Positions 1 through 9,541 of a stretch of DNA of 64,000 bases are shown here, in pieces (within the stretch, counting starts at the first letter, position 1; the number at the start of each line of letters is the position of its first letter). The DNA comes from Candidatus Omnitrophota bacterium. GTDB taxonomy: Bacteria > Omnitrophota > Gorgyraeia > Zapsychrales > Fredricksoniimonadaceae. The stretch spans positions 10,690-74,689 of the forward strand of contig JBAXRK010000012.1 in NCBI GenBank assembly GCA_037131245.1, given 5' to 3'. The notes under the pieces are model-generated. The model was given only the letters and a program-made list of their open reading frames with translations, was not told the origin of the DNA and ran no database searches. The translations under genes and the position numbers were made by a program.

Positions 1-146
1 TTAAGTTTTTCGGAGGTTAGTTTGTTCCCGTCGAGAGTTTCATGATCGAGGCGTGAGGCTTCAAAAGAAGGCAGGACCGCTTTTTTAATGTCGGCCAGGG
101 CTTTGTCCCTTAACTTCAGGTCCGGCCCGTAAATAAGATAGTCCAT
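1..146 (-). CDS. holA: DNA polymerase III delta subunit-like protein, first 48 codons only (continues past left edge)
   Basis: The ATG at 146-144 directly abuts the lptE-like stop (147-149). The translation MDYLIYGPDLKLRDKALADIKKAVLPSFEASRLDHETLDG resembles HolA N-termini. lptE-holA adjacency is a conserved arrangement. It is absent from the ORF track because it is truncated. Confidence 0.4.
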   Translation of the reverse strand, partial: MDYLIYGPDLKLRDKALADIKKAVLPSFEASRLDHETLDGNKLTSEKL

Positions 147-674
147 TTACCAATTCTCGACGGTACGCGCGACCGCCCGCTGGGCGAGGTCCTTGAAAGC
201 GTCTTCGATCGCCACGCTCTCCGACTTCGCCAAAGGACCCGACACGTAATAGGTGGATTCACCGGAAAAAGCGGACTCCTCCCACAGGACCTTATCGCCT
301 TCCACATGGTCGACCGCTTTAAGCGACACCGTGACCCTTAAACGATATTCCTTCACGTCCTGGTTCTCGGCCAGGCGCAATTCCTCACGGTCAAAACTGA
401 TGAGTTTGGCGTCGATAATAAGGTCTGACGTTTCCTGGTCCCCCACCCGGAGGTTCCCGTCAAAAAGGAACCGGTCGATCAGCGCGGTACGCACCCGTGT
501 CTCCATTCCCGGGACGTAAAGCTTGCGCTCATCCTGATTCATATAGTCGATCTTGTTTTCAACCGGCTTAACGAAGATCGTCTTCAAATGGCTGGGCAAC
601 AGCGAACTGGTGGTATAGCCGCAACCCGCTGTCAGCAACATCAATGCGACAAGGGACCCAAAGATCTTTTTCAT
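147..674 (-). CDS. lptE: LPS-assembly lipoprotein LptE-like
   Basis: 175 aa with a signal peptide ending LLTAGC (lipoprotein-type Cys). Size, beta-rich sequence and position (after the BamD-like gene, before holA, same operon as leuS) fit LptE. Confidence 0.6.
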   Translation of the reverse strand: MKKIFGSLVALMLLTAGCGYTTSSLLPSHLKTIFVKPVENKIDYMNQDERKLYVPGMETRVRTALIDRFLFDGNLRVGDQETSDLIIDAKLISFDREELRLAENQDVKEYRLRVTVSLKAVDHVEGDKVLWEESAFSGESTYYVSGPLAKSESVAIEDAFKDLAQRAVARTVENW

Positions 675-1645
675 TTTCTGACCGCCCCCGATTTGATCAT
701 GTTGATCTCGGTCCTGGCTTTATCCGCCCAGACTGTGTCGCCATACTTGTCGATCACGCCCTGATAATAGATCGTGGCCGCTTTGGGCTGTTTGTTCTTC
801 TGATAATATTTCGCCACCACGAACGCGTTCTCAGCTTCTTTAAGCTTGAGGCGCTCGATCTCTTTTTTCGCGTCCGCCGACAATTCCGATTCAGGGTTGG
901 CTTTTACAAAATCCTCGAACCCCGCCTTGGCCACCGTCGTGACTTTCTGGTCGTACTGAGCCGGCACGCTGCGCTTGGCATCGGCCACCGCGATCTGGTA
1001 CCGCGCGGACTCGGCCCACTTGGAATCCGGGTAATCGTTAACGGTCTTCTCAAACTCATCGCGGGCCTGCTGGTACTCGTTACGGCCAAGATAAAACAGG
1101 CCGATCTTAAACTGCGACGCCGGCGCGTACTGGCCGTAGGGATCGTTCTTGATAACGTTGCGGAAAACATCGACCAGATTATACTCATTGCCCAATAACG
1201 ACGTGGCAAAACGCGTATCCTTCGCCTTGCCTTCCATGAACAAATTCGCGATAACATACTGGCGCTCAACGACTTTAGGCCCCAGATCACTGAAGGGATA
1301 ACGGTCAACGACCTTCTGGTACGCATCAACGGCAAGGAAATACTTCTTCATTTCCTCCCAGATACGCCCGATATTGAACTGCGCCTGGGCGGCTTCCCGG
1401 GACTTACCGTATGCTTTTAGGAGTTTCTTGTACTCGCGCAACGCTTCGGGGTACTGTTTGGCATCAAAAAAGCCCTGGGCATATTCGAGTTGTTCCTGCG
1501 GGGATGGCTTGACATCATACTTGGGATTCACCCATTTTCCGGTCTGCGGGGTCCAGATCCAGAAAGCCCGGGCCGGAAGGGCCGGAGCAAAAAGCGCCGC
1601 GACGATAAGACCGGTAAAAAATACGACGGACAGGCGTGAGCGCAT
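671..1645 (-). CDS. TPR-repeat outer-membrane assembly factor, BamD/YfiO-like
   Basis: TPR-like helical repeats run throughout (e.g. YAQGFFDAKQYPEALREYKKLL, YQKVVDRYPFSDL, FEKTVNDYPDSKWAESARYQIA). I prefer the internal ATG at 1645 (MRSRLSVVFFTGLIVAALFAPALPARA signal peptide, AAGGAAG upstream) over the ORF-track start at 1687. There is a 4-nt overlap with lptE. Confidence 0.5.
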   Translation of the reverse strand: MRSRLSVVFFTGLIVAALFAPALPARAFWIWTPQTGKWVNPKYDVKPSPQEQLEYAQGFFDAKQYPEALREYKKLLKAYGKSREAAQAQFNIGRIWEEMKKYFLAVDAYQKVVDRYPFSDLGPKVVERQYVIANLFMEGKAKDTRFATSLLGNEYNLVDVFRNVIKNDPYGQYAPASQFKIGLFYLGRNEYQQARDEFEKTVNDYPDSKWAESARYQIAVADAKRSVPAQYDQKVTTVAKAGFEDFVKANPESELSADAKKEIERLKLKEAENAFVVAKYYQKNKQPKAATIYYQGVIDKYGDTVWADKARTEINMIKSGAVRK

Positions 1646-1688
1646 AGGCAGATCTTCCTTTTCGGGATAAATAATAACGTCCGACAAT

Positions 1689-3191
1689 TTAACACAGACG
1701 GGAGGTGTTTGTCAACCAGGCTTTGATGCAGATCAGGACCAGTAAATAGTACAAGATCACCTGCCAAAGTGCCGGCAGCGGCTCAACATAAAAGAAGCCT
1801 CCGGGAATAAGCGTGAACAGATACAGCAGGTAAACCAGCAGGTTGAGCGCCGCCTTAAGCGCAAGCGCGGCCGGGATCGCCAGCCACGAAAGCGGGCTAA
1901 ACAGGAACAAGAGCGCTCCCAGCGCGGTGATCAAACCCACCAGCGGCACTGCCGGAATATTCGCCAGCAGGGATACCGGCGTCACCGTCCCGAAATAATA
2001 CAGGATGATCCCCGCGGTCCCCAAAAAAGCCGCGATGGAAACACCCAAATACTCGTTCCATATCTTCCTGCAAGTTTCCGGGAACAGGCCGCCTAACGGC
2101 GGCGTCACCAGCATCAGCGAAAGAACACCGGCAAAAGAGAGCTGAAAACCAATATCAAAGAGCTGGGTCGGGTTAACGGCCAGGATCGCCAGCGAAGCGA
2201 CCGCGAGCGTGTTAAGGCCGTCCTGCTCACGCTCAAGAATAAAACTGAAAATTAAAACGGCACTCATGACCGCCGCGCGCACCACCGGGCTTGAGCCGCC
2301 CGCCACATAGGCATACCAGGCCGTCAGCATGACCGCCAATAACATCCGAGCCAGACGGGGAACCGGTGTCAAGTTAAGTAAAAAGAAGATCCCGAACGCC
2401 ACCATCGCCACATTCATCCCGCTCACCGCCAGGATATGCGTGGTCCCGGTGCGCAGGAAAATATTTTTAACATGATCGGCAATGTCGCCCCGTTCGCCAT
2501 AAATGAGCCCCTTCATCAACCCCGCTTCTCCCGGGCTAAGATAATGCTCCAGGACGGTACTCATCCCCTCCCTACACCAGCGCGCTCCCTTTTCCCAGAA
2601 CGCGGCGAGATCGCGGCGCAGCACCCGGCACTCACCCTCTTTCTTCACGTTGAGCGCCGCCATGACTTTGCGCCCGGCCAACGTATCAACATAAGAGAGC
2701 CGGCCGTTCCCGCCGAACCCCGAAGGCCGGCGCAACACACCCGCCAATTCAACCAGATCGCCCGGCTCGAGAGCGACCGAACGGAAGACGGTAACCTGTA
2801 CCCGGCCGGAAGTTCGCCGAACAGCGTCGCGGACCGTCACATCGGTTGCTTCCACCGTAAAACTCATCTGGGGATGCCCTCCGAAAGAGCCGTCGTTGAT
2901 ATCGGAGACCACCCGCGCTTTCAGGACCACAGGCTGGCCAAGCAGGCGCGCAATATGCTCCGGCGGTAAAACGCTGTAACTGCGCAGCGCCATCATGCCC
3001 GCGCAAAGGCAGGCCGTTACCAGAACAAGCAAGCCGGCCCAACGGTGAGCGCGGAACCTAAAGCCAACGGCAGTCACGATCATCAGCAAAACCGCCGGGA
3101 ACCACAAAGGCAACCCCGCGCATTTCCCGACCAATATCCCGGCGGTAAAAGCCAGTGTGACCGTAACGAAAGGGCGATGTTTCAATCCCAT
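1689..3191 (-). CDS. comEC: ComEC/Rec2 family DNA internalisation channel protein (no C-terminal metallo-beta-lactamase domain)
   Basis: 500 aa, polytopic. It has an N-terminal OB-like region and a competence-domain motif RTGTTHILAVSGMNVAMV. It overlaps comEA by 10 nt. Confidence 0.85.
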   Translation of the reverse strand: MGLKHRPFVTVTLAFTAGILVGKCAGLPLWFPAVLLMIVTAVGFRFRAHRWAGLLVLVTACLCAGMMALRSYSVLPPEHIARLLGQPVVLKARVVSDINDGSFGGHPQMSFTVEATDVTVRDAVRRTSGRVQVTVFRSVALEPGDLVELAGVLRRPSGFGGNGRLSYVDTLAGRKVMAALNVKKEGECRVLRRDLAAFWEKGARWCREGMSTVLEHYLSPGEAGLMKGLIYGERGDIADHVKNIFLRTGTTHILAVSGMNVAMVAFGIFFLLNLTPVPRLARMLLAVMLTAWYAYVAGGSSPVVRAAVMSAVLIFSFILEREQDGLNTLAVASLAILAVNPTQLFDIGFQLSFAGVLSLMLVTPPLGGLFPETCRKIWNEYLGVSIAAFLGTAGIILYYFGTVTPVSLLANIPAVPLVGLITALGALLFLFSPLSWLAIPAALALKAALNLLVYLLYLFTLIPGGFFYVEPLPALWQVILYYLLVLICIKAWLTNTSRLC

Positions 3192-3520
3192 CGGAAAGCT
3201 CCGCTCAATGCGCCGAGCGCTCCCGGTTTTTTCCTGAGAGCTGCCGCTAATGCATCCGGGTTGCCGATCTTTCCATGCGCCCGACGGTAATTAATGATCC
3301 TGGCCGCCGCGGCAGGGCCGATATGCGGCACCGCCAACAGTTCCTGATAACCGGCGCGATTGATCGCGATCTTGGGCCGATAAACCACAGCGTCCAACAC
3401 CTGAAGGGCGGCCGGCACCGCCGGGGCGATAGCAAAGATCATTTTAAGGGAAAGGCCGGCAATAAGGACCAGCACGGCGAAGAGAGCAGCCTGGCGCTCC
3501 CGGGCGGTGAACGGCAACAT
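3182..3520 (-). CDS. comEA: ComEA-like helix-hairpin-helix DNA-binding protein
   Basis: 112 aa with an N-terminal TM helix followed by INRAGYQELLAVPHIGPAAAARIINYRRAHG, a typical ComEA HhH motif. It lies directly upstream of comEC. Confidence 0.75.
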   Translation of the reverse strand: MLPFTARERQAALFAVLVLIAGLSLKMIFAIAPAVPAALQVLDAVVYRPKIAINRAGYQELLAVPHIGPAAAARIINYRRAHGKIGNPDALAAALRKKPGALGALSGAFRWD

Positions 3521-3609
3521 AAAAAAACCTCCCGCCTTTCACGCGAAAGGACAAGAGGGCCGGGGGGCATTGGGAATATTAACAAGCACGCCGCAGCGTG
3601 TCAAAATAA

Positions 3610-4188
3610 TTATTTATCCTTGAGAAAACCGAACAAATGCCGGCGAACGGGAGGAAAAACGCCTTCACTCACGTAACGGATATCCTCAATAGTATAAAAG
3701 GCGGTCGGGTCAAGTTTCTCGACTAAAGAGATCACCTGTTTGGCCCGATGGCTGTTAATGATCGTGAAGATCATCTCCACCGGTCCCTTCGAACCCTGGC
3801 CGGACAATAACGTGAACCCGAACCCTTCACGCTTGAGCGCGTCAAGAATGCCCTTGCTGTTCTGGTCAACAATGATACGGATGATCTGCGCGCCGGAGGA
3901 AAACTTCTCCTCGATCCACATGCCGACATAATTCCCCGTCGCAAAACCGGCGGCATAGGCCAGGAAGCACAGCGGGTTCGGCAGGTTCACGATGACCTGC
4001 CGCGCCACAAAAAGCCAGATGGTCACTTCGAAGAAGCCGAGGAGCGCCGCCAAGCCTTTGCGGCCCTGGCCAATGGTGATGATACGCATCGTGTCGAGCG
4101 ACATGTCGCAAATGCGGGCAAAAAAGATCACGGCGGGCAGGATGCCCCAGGTGAATAAATTGGAATCAAAAAACGTCGTGGCGCCCAC
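3610..4188 (-). CDS. UPF0316/DUF2179 family membrane protein
   Basis: Motifs LDTMRIITIGQGRK, FFEVTIWLFV and GMWIEEK plus a C-terminal DUF2179-like alpha/beta part match the UPF0316 family pattern. I chose the GTG start at 4188 because the ORF-track start (4239) would overlap the serpin gene by 47 nt. Confidence 0.7.
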   Translation of the reverse strand: MGATTFFDSNLFTWGILPAVIFFARICDMSLDTMRIITIGQGRKGLAALLGFFEVTIWLFVARQVIVNLPNPLCFLAYAAGFATGNYVGMWIEEKFSSGAQIIRIIVDQNSKGILDALKREGFGFTLLSGQGSKGPVEMIFTIINSHRAKQVISLVEKLDPTAFYTIEDIRYVSEGVFPPVRRHLFGFLKDK

Positions 4189-4192
4189 TGGC

Positions 4193-5386
4193 TCAACCTT
4201 TGGTTGGATCCATGACCCGGCCCATGAAAAGGATCTCACCGGAAACTTTGTCCTGGATCAGAAAAATGAATGGATGGTCCGCGTGAAAAACTTTCGGTGG
4301 CGGCGGCATCCCTTTACCCACCATCATCACCGCTGTCGCGGCGGCGGCCTCCGTCCCCTCTTCGGAGACCTCAACCCAGGCCTTGTGCAAAACCTTGCCA
4401 ATGAATAGGTCCTTCCCCCCGGTCATAGCGGAAAAATCGGCCACTGAGGCGTCAAAAGCATCCGTCATGCCCAGCGCCACAAGGTCATCGTTTAACACAT
4501 AAGAAGCGCCAAAAGTAAATTTCGGCAAAGCGATATCAACGGGCTCCACCATTTTGAGCGCGGCGGACCACTGCGCCAGGCGCGCTGTATTTAGGCCTTG
4601 CGGAAACAGGCCAGGTCCGTTTTTCGGCAAAATGATCCGCATGACCAGGTCGTTCCCCTGATAAGGCAGCTCAAGCATCTGCACCATGTCATCTTCCATA
4701 AAAAGAGCTCCATGGGACGCATGCATCATATCCGCCGTCACCTGTTCGCCACCGGCTAATTGAAAAGCTTCCGGGAGGGTCTGCTCCTTTTCAAAAGGCT
4801 GGTCCCACTTACCCTTGAAATAAACAGCGTTGGTAAGGACCATCCGGGTCGCGGGATTTAATGCTCCTGAAGGGATCAGGTCCTTGATCCGCTGATGCGT
4901 CCGCTCCATGACCCAGCTATTGATCGTCAAGCGCGCGCCCTCGGCATCGGCCGCGAAATCCAGCGCAGACGCTTCGCCGGCATAAACGTCCCGGACCAAA
5001 CCGAGATAATCATCAAGGATCATGAAATCTTGCTGGATCCATAAGGCATTAGCAGTGCTCAACTCATAGGGCTTACCCGCAGTATTCATCCGCGACAGAA
5101 GAGCCTTGGCTTTTCCGAGCCGGGCAACCGGATCCGCATCAAGGCCTAGCACCTGGATCATCTGCGCTGCTGTTTTATCGCGCGCGCCTTCCAACGTCAT
5201 GCCCAGAGCCGACGAAAGGCTGTAGGGCGAGAAGAACACATTCCCCCGGTCACCCTCGTGCCGGGCGTAAAGGTCAAAAGCGAAATCCGCGGTATTACCG
5301 GCAGCCCGGGCCATTGGAACAACGGCTGTCAGCATCAAAACAAAAGCAACAACGGCTAAAGACATGGTCGTAAAAAACTTGCTCAT
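4193..5386 (-). CDS. Secreted serpin (serine protease inhibitor)
   Basis: 397 aa with a signal peptide. Serpin motifs include FFSPYSLSSALGMTLEGA and NAVYFKGKWDQPFEKEQT, and the hinge/reactive-centre-loop region is EEGTEAAAATAVMMVGKGMPPPPKVFHADHPFIFLI. Confidence 0.93.
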   Translation of the reverse strand: MSKFFTTMSLAVVAFVLMLTAVVPMARAAGNTADFAFDLYARHEGDRGNVFFSPYSLSSALGMTLEGARDKTAAQMIQVLGLDADPVARLGKAKALLSRMNTAGKPYELSTANALWIQQDFMILDDYLGLVRDVYAGEASALDFAADAEGARLTINSWVMERTHQRIKDLIPSGALNPATRMVLTNAVYFKGKWDQPFEKEQTLPEAFQLAGGEQVTADMMHASHGALFMEDDMVQMLELPYQGNDLVMRIILPKNGPGLFPQGLNTARLAQWSAALKMVEPVDIALPKFTFGASYVLNDDLVALGMTDAFDASVADFSAMTGGKDLFIGKVLHKAWVEVSEEGTEAAAATAVMMVGKGMPPPPKVFHADHPFIFLIQDKVSGEILFMGRVMDPTKG

Positions 5387-6132
5387 ACAGCACCCCTCTT
5401 CTTGGCCTCTTCCAGGATGGCCGCCGTCGCCGAAAGGCCGATGCGGGAACAGCCCAGATCCCGGAATCTAAGTAAACCCTCGAGCGTACGGATACCGCCG
5501 GCCGCTTTGATCTGAATATGTTTGGCGGCATGCTCGCGCATCAGCCTTACCTGATGCTCGGTTGCCCCCTGATAATCGTATTTCCCATCAGGTTGTTTAA
5601 CGAACCCGTAGCCGGTCGACGTTTTAATAAAATCAACCTCCAGATCATTGCAAACCCGGCACAGTTCAACAATGTGCTCATCTTTCAGAAAATCATTCTC
5701 GAAGATCACTTTCAGGATCCCGCCGGTGCGATGGCAGACGCGGCCGATCTCGCGGATCTCGGCTTTCACGTAATCGTACTGGTTGCTCAACACCTTGCCG
5801 ACATTGACCACCATGTCGATCTCGCGCGCGCCGGCATTCATCGCTTCGAGCGTCTCGCGCACCTTGACCGCCGCCATGCTGTTGCCGTGGGGAAAGCCGA
5901 TCACCGAACAGATCAGCACCGGGCTTTTCAACAGCGCCTCTTTAACCAGGGGAATAGCGTATGGCTTGACGCAAACCGTTTTGACTTCGTATTTGGCGGC
6001 CAGCGCGCAGCCAGCAAGGATCTCTTCATCCGTCATGGCAGGATGCAGCAATGAGTGGTCGATCGATTGGGCAATATCTCGAAGAGGCAGCACGGCAATT
6101 CCTCCTACTAGGGCAGCAAAGCCCAAACCCAT
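5383..6132 (-). CDS. deoC: Deoxyribose-phosphate aldolase
   Basis: DeoC motifs are present: IDHSLLHP, VCVKPYAIP, GFPHGN, EIDMVVNVG and the Schiff-base lysine context FIKTSTGYG. The exact start is uncertain because it overlaps the upstream ORF by 25 nt. Confidence 0.9.
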   Translation of the reverse strand: MGLGFAALVGGIAVLPLRDIAQSIDHSLLHPAMTDEEILAGCALAAKYEVKTVCVKPYAIPLVKEALLKSPVLICSVIGFPHGNSMAAVKVRETLEAMNAGAREIDMVVNVGKVLSNQYDYVKAEIREIGRVCHRTGGILKVIFENDFLKDEHIVELCRVCNDLEVDFIKTSTGYGFVKQPDGKYDYQGATEHQVRLMREHAAKHIQIKAAGGIRTLEGLLRFRDLGCSRIGLSATAAILEEAKKRGAV

Positions 6133-6701
6133 ACATATAAACCCGGGTGGAACGTATCAAAAACAAAATGGCCCGGATCCTTGCGCACCAGCTGGCAACC
6201 TTCCAAAGAAGCCTCATCGTTAACATAGAAGGGAACAGCAAGCGCATTCGCGCGGGCACTGGGAACCGTGAAGCTGATCGGCGCGCTAAATTCATTAAGG
6301 GCATGCGCGGCGACTTGTCCGTCCACAACCGGATGCGCGTCAAAAACGATCGCGTAGGGCCCCCCCTCGTTGACCCGCCCGTTCTGCACGACCTTACCGT
6401 CATCATAGGACAGGGACAGCTCAACCTGTCGCAGCCTCTCGCGGGAACCGCGACGCTCAAGAGCCTCCCAGGCATTAGGCGGCACCGAAACAACCAGGCC
6501 GTCCATCGGCGTTCCCTTCACGGTAAATGTACCCCCGGCCAAGCCAACACGGAACGTGGCCGCCAGCTTCGTCTGCCCGCGCTCGTAACTCGAGGCGCCG
6601 GGGATCTTGCGCGCGGCGGCCTGACCCGTCCACATGACAGAGATCAAGGTGACACACAACATCAGCAGGACGATCCGGGCAACACTCATCTCACTCCTCA
6701 A
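6108..6701 (-). CDS. Exported hypothetical protein
   Basis: 197 aa with an N-terminal hydrophobic signal-like segment ([21 protein letters not shown]). A 4-nt overlap with the leuS stop suggests translational coupling. No motif was recognised. Confidence 0.4.
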   Translation of the reverse strand: MRSEMSVARIVLLMLCVTLISVMWTGQAAARKIPGASSYERGQTKLAATFRVGLAGGTFTVKGTPMDGLVVSVPPNAWEALERRGSRERLRQVELSLSYDDGKVVQNGRVNEGGPYAIVFDAHPVVDGQVAAHALNEFSAPISFTVPSARANALAVPFYVNDEASLEGCQLVRKDPGHFVFDTFHPGLYVWVWALLP

Positions 6702-9172
6702 ACAACAATGCTCACCAGTTTATTTTTGATCACAATGAATTTTTTGATCTCTTTGCCGGCCACGTGGCGTTGCACCCCTTCATCGGCCAAAACAATAGGA
6801 CGCAGGATGGCTTCATCGGCATCGCGCGGCACCTCGAACTCGCCGCGCACCTTGCCGTTAACCTGGGCGGCGATCCTGACCGTATCGGTCACCAGCGCTT
6901 TCTCATCGTAGGTCGGCCAGGCAACATGCGCCACGGACGTGTCCGTCTTACCTGCCATCGACCACATTTCCTCGGCAGCATGGGGAATGAACGGCGCCAG
7001 GAGCAATACGGCCGTCTCTATCGCTTTGTTAAGCAACACCGCCTTGCGCGCATCCCCGGACGGCACCTGATATTTATCCACCGCGTTCATCAGCACCATC
7101 ACGGCCGATATCGCCGTATTGAATTTAAATCCGCCCTCCATGCTCTCGGTCACTTTCTTAACCGCAGCGTGACGTTCAAGCTCAAGCTTCTTATCCTCAC
7201 CGTCCATAGAGCCCTGCCCCGCGGCGCCTTTAACGTAACGGGTGTCAACGGCATTCCAAATGCGGTTAATAAAACGCCAATTGCCCTCCAACCCCGCCGG
7301 ATTCCATTCCAGCTGATCCTCCGGCGGCGCGGCAAATAAAATGAACATCCGCAGCGTGTCGGCGCCAAACTTCGCGATCACCTCATCGGGATCGACCACA
7401 TTACCCTTGGACTTCGACATGACCTCTCCGTCCTTGAGCACCATGCCCTGCGTCAGCAGGCGGTCAAAAGGCTCATCCACCGCCACCAAACCCAGGTCAC
7501 GGATGAACTTGGTGAAAAAACGCGAATAAAGCAAATGCAGAATGGCATGTTCAATGCCACCGATATATTGATCGACTGGCATCCAGTAGGCCGCTTTAGC
7601 CTTATCGAAGATCGCCTTATCATTGTGCGCGTCGCAATAGCGCAGGAAATACCAGGACGAATCAAAGAATGTCGCCATCGTATCCGTCTCGCGGCGGGCA
7701 TCTTTACCGCACTTGGGACACTTACACTCCACAAATTCTTTCACCTTGGCCAGCGGGCTGCCGCCCTCACCCGTGATCGGCGCATCCTTCGGCAACTCGA
7801 CCGGCAGTTGAGCCTCGGGGACCGGCACAATGCCGCACACCTTACAATAGATCATCGGAATGGGTGCGCCCCAGTAACGCTGGCGGGAAATAAGCCAGTC
7901 GCGCAAACGCCAATGGACGGACACCTTACCCATCTTCTGTTCTTCCATCCAAAGCGAGATATTCTTCTTAGCTTCTTCATTGGCCACGCCATTGAACTGA
8001 CTGGAATTCACCAGCGTTCCGGCGTCATCATAAGCCTTGGTCATCTGCTCCGGAATAAGGCCCGGACGCGCGGCATCGCTGATGACCACGATCATCGGCA
8101 GTTTATGCTCCGTCGCAAATTCAAAATCGCGCTGATCGTGGGTCGGCACCGCCATGATCGCGCCGGTACCGTACTCCATCAGCACGTAATCACCGATCCA
8201 GATCGGAACTTCCCGCCCATTGACCGGATTGATCGCGAATGCGCCGGTGAACACGCCATCCTTGCGCTGGTCACCCGACATGCGCAATGACTTGGACGTA
8301 TTCGCCGCTTTTTCAACAAAAGCTGTGACCGCCGCTTCTTGCGCGGTGCCCTTTGATAACTTTTTTACCAGCGGATGCTCCGGCGCCAGCGTCACATAGG
8401 TCGCCCCGAAAATAGTATCCGGCCGGGTCGTAAAGACCGTGATGACATCGCTGGTACCCTTAACATTGAAATAGATGTCCGCGCCATAACTCTTGCCGAT
8501 CCAGTTCTCCTGCATGGCGATAACGCGCGAGGGCCAGTTATTTAATTTCTTAAGGTCTTCCAGGAGGGCTTCGGAATAATGCGTGATCTTAAGGTACCAC
8601 TGCTCAAGGTCTTTCTGGGTGACCTCGTTCTTACAGCGCCAGCAAGCGCCGTTAATGACCTCTTCATTGGCCAGCGTCGTCGCGCAAGACGGGCACCAGT
8701 TGACCGGCGAGCCTTTCTTGTACGCCAGGCCTTTCTCGAACATCTTGATGAACAGCCACTGATTCCACTTATAGTAAGACGCGTCGCAGGTCGCGAGCTC
8801 CCGGTCCCAATCATAGGAAAAACCCATCTTGGCAAGGCCGGCGCGCATGTCATCGATGCATTTATACGTCCATTCCCCGGGAGAAACGCCACGCTTGATC
8901 GCCGCATTCTCGGCCGGTTGGCCAAAAGCGTCGTAACCCATCGGGTGCAGCACATTGAAGCCGCGCATCATTTTGTACCGGGCAATAACATCCGCGATGG
9001 TGTAATTGCGCACATGCCCCATGTGGATCTTACCCGACGGATACGGGAACATCTCAAGGACATAATACTTCTCCTTCCCCGGCTTCTCTTCGGCCCGGAA
9101 GATCTTGTGCTCGGACCAATACTTCTGCCACTTTTCCTCAACCCGCCTGATGTCGTTCGTTGTGTACGGCAT
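6698..9172 (-). CDS. leuS: Leucine--tRNA ligase
   Basis: 824 aa, class I aaRS with the HIGH-type motif [15 protein letters not shown] and the KMSKS motif VMSKSKGN. LeuS-like sequence runs throughout. Confidence 0.97.
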   Translation of the reverse strand: MPYTTNDIRRVEEKWQKYWSEHKIFRAEEKPGKEKYYVLEMFPYPSGKIHMGHVRNYTIADVIARYKMMRGFNVLHPMGYDAFGQPAENAAIKRGVSPGEWTYKCIDDMRAGLAKMGFSYDWDRELATCDASYYKWNQWLFIKMFEKGLAYKKGSPVNWCPSCATTLANEEVINGACWRCKNEVTQKDLEQWYLKITHYSEALLEDLKKLNNWPSRVIAMQENWIGKSYGADIYFNVKGTSDVITVFTTRPDTIFGATYVTLAPEHPLVKKLSKGTAQEAAVTAFVEKAANTSKSLRMSGDQRKDGVFTGAFAINPVNGREVPIWIGDYVLMEYGTGAIMAVPTHDQRDFEFATEHKLPMIVVISDAARPGLIPEQMTKAYDDAGTLVNSSQFNGVANEEAKKNISLWMEEQKMGKVSVHWRLRDWLISRQRYWGAPIPMIYCKVCGIVPVPEAQLPVELPKDAPITGEGGSPLAKVKEFVECKCPKCGKDARRETDTMATFFDSSWYFLRYCDAHNDKAIFDKAKAAYWMPVDQYIGGIEHAILHLLYSRFFTKFIRDLGLVAVDEPFDRLLTQGMVLKDGEVMSKSKGNVVDPDEVIAKFGADTLRMFILFAAPPEDQLEWNPAGLEGNWRFINRIWNAVDTRYVKGAAGQGSMDGEDKKLELERHAAVKKVTESMEGGFKFNTAISAVMVLMNAVDKYQVPSGDARKAVLLNKAIETAVLLLAPFIPHAAEEMWSMAGKTDTSVAHVAWPTYDEKALVTDTVRIAAQVNGKVRGEFEVPRDADEAILRPIVLADEGVQRHVAGKEIKKFIVIKNKLVSIVV

Positions 9173-9265
9173 GCTTTCGTCCTGTTAAATTATTGCCAAA
9201 TAATGAAAAACTATCCCTTTTATGAATGGGTATATTAACACAAAACCGCTCTCGACCCGGAGATT

Positions 9266-9541
9266 TTACTGCAGGAGGATCTCGCCACCAATAGGCTGCT
9301 CATGGACCGGCGCGACTCTGTTAAGCAGCTGCTCACGCGAAATTGGAAGAGAAGCGGCATTATCCGCAGCTCCAGGAGTGGCCTCATCCTCCATTGCCTC
9401 AAGAGGCGACAGAACAGCGGCCGGAGCCGCCAGCATCTCTTTCGGCGTTGCATCAAGCGGCGGCGTCACCACTATATAACTCTGCAGCACAAGCGTTATA
9501 GCGACCGCTCCCAGAAATAGCCCGAACATCCATTTTATCAT
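9266..9541 (-). CDS. Small membrane-anchored protein (pilus-cluster associated)
   Basis: 91 aa with an N-terminal TM helix (FGLFLGAVAITLVLQSYIV). Its ATG overlaps the upstream stop as TAATG, suggesting coupling to the PilX-like gene. Confidence 0.35.
   Translation of the reverse strand: MIKWMFGLFLGAVAITLVLQSYIVVTPPLDATPKEMLAAPAAVLSPLEAMEDEATPGAADNAASLPISREQLLNRVAPVHEQPIGGEILLQ

Noticed and set aside
116-307. 63-aa minus-strand ORF and an 88-aa plus-strand ORF overlapping the lptE-like gene
   Set aside because: Both are out of frame with or antisense to a gene that has a lipoprotein signal and operon context, and neither has motifs.
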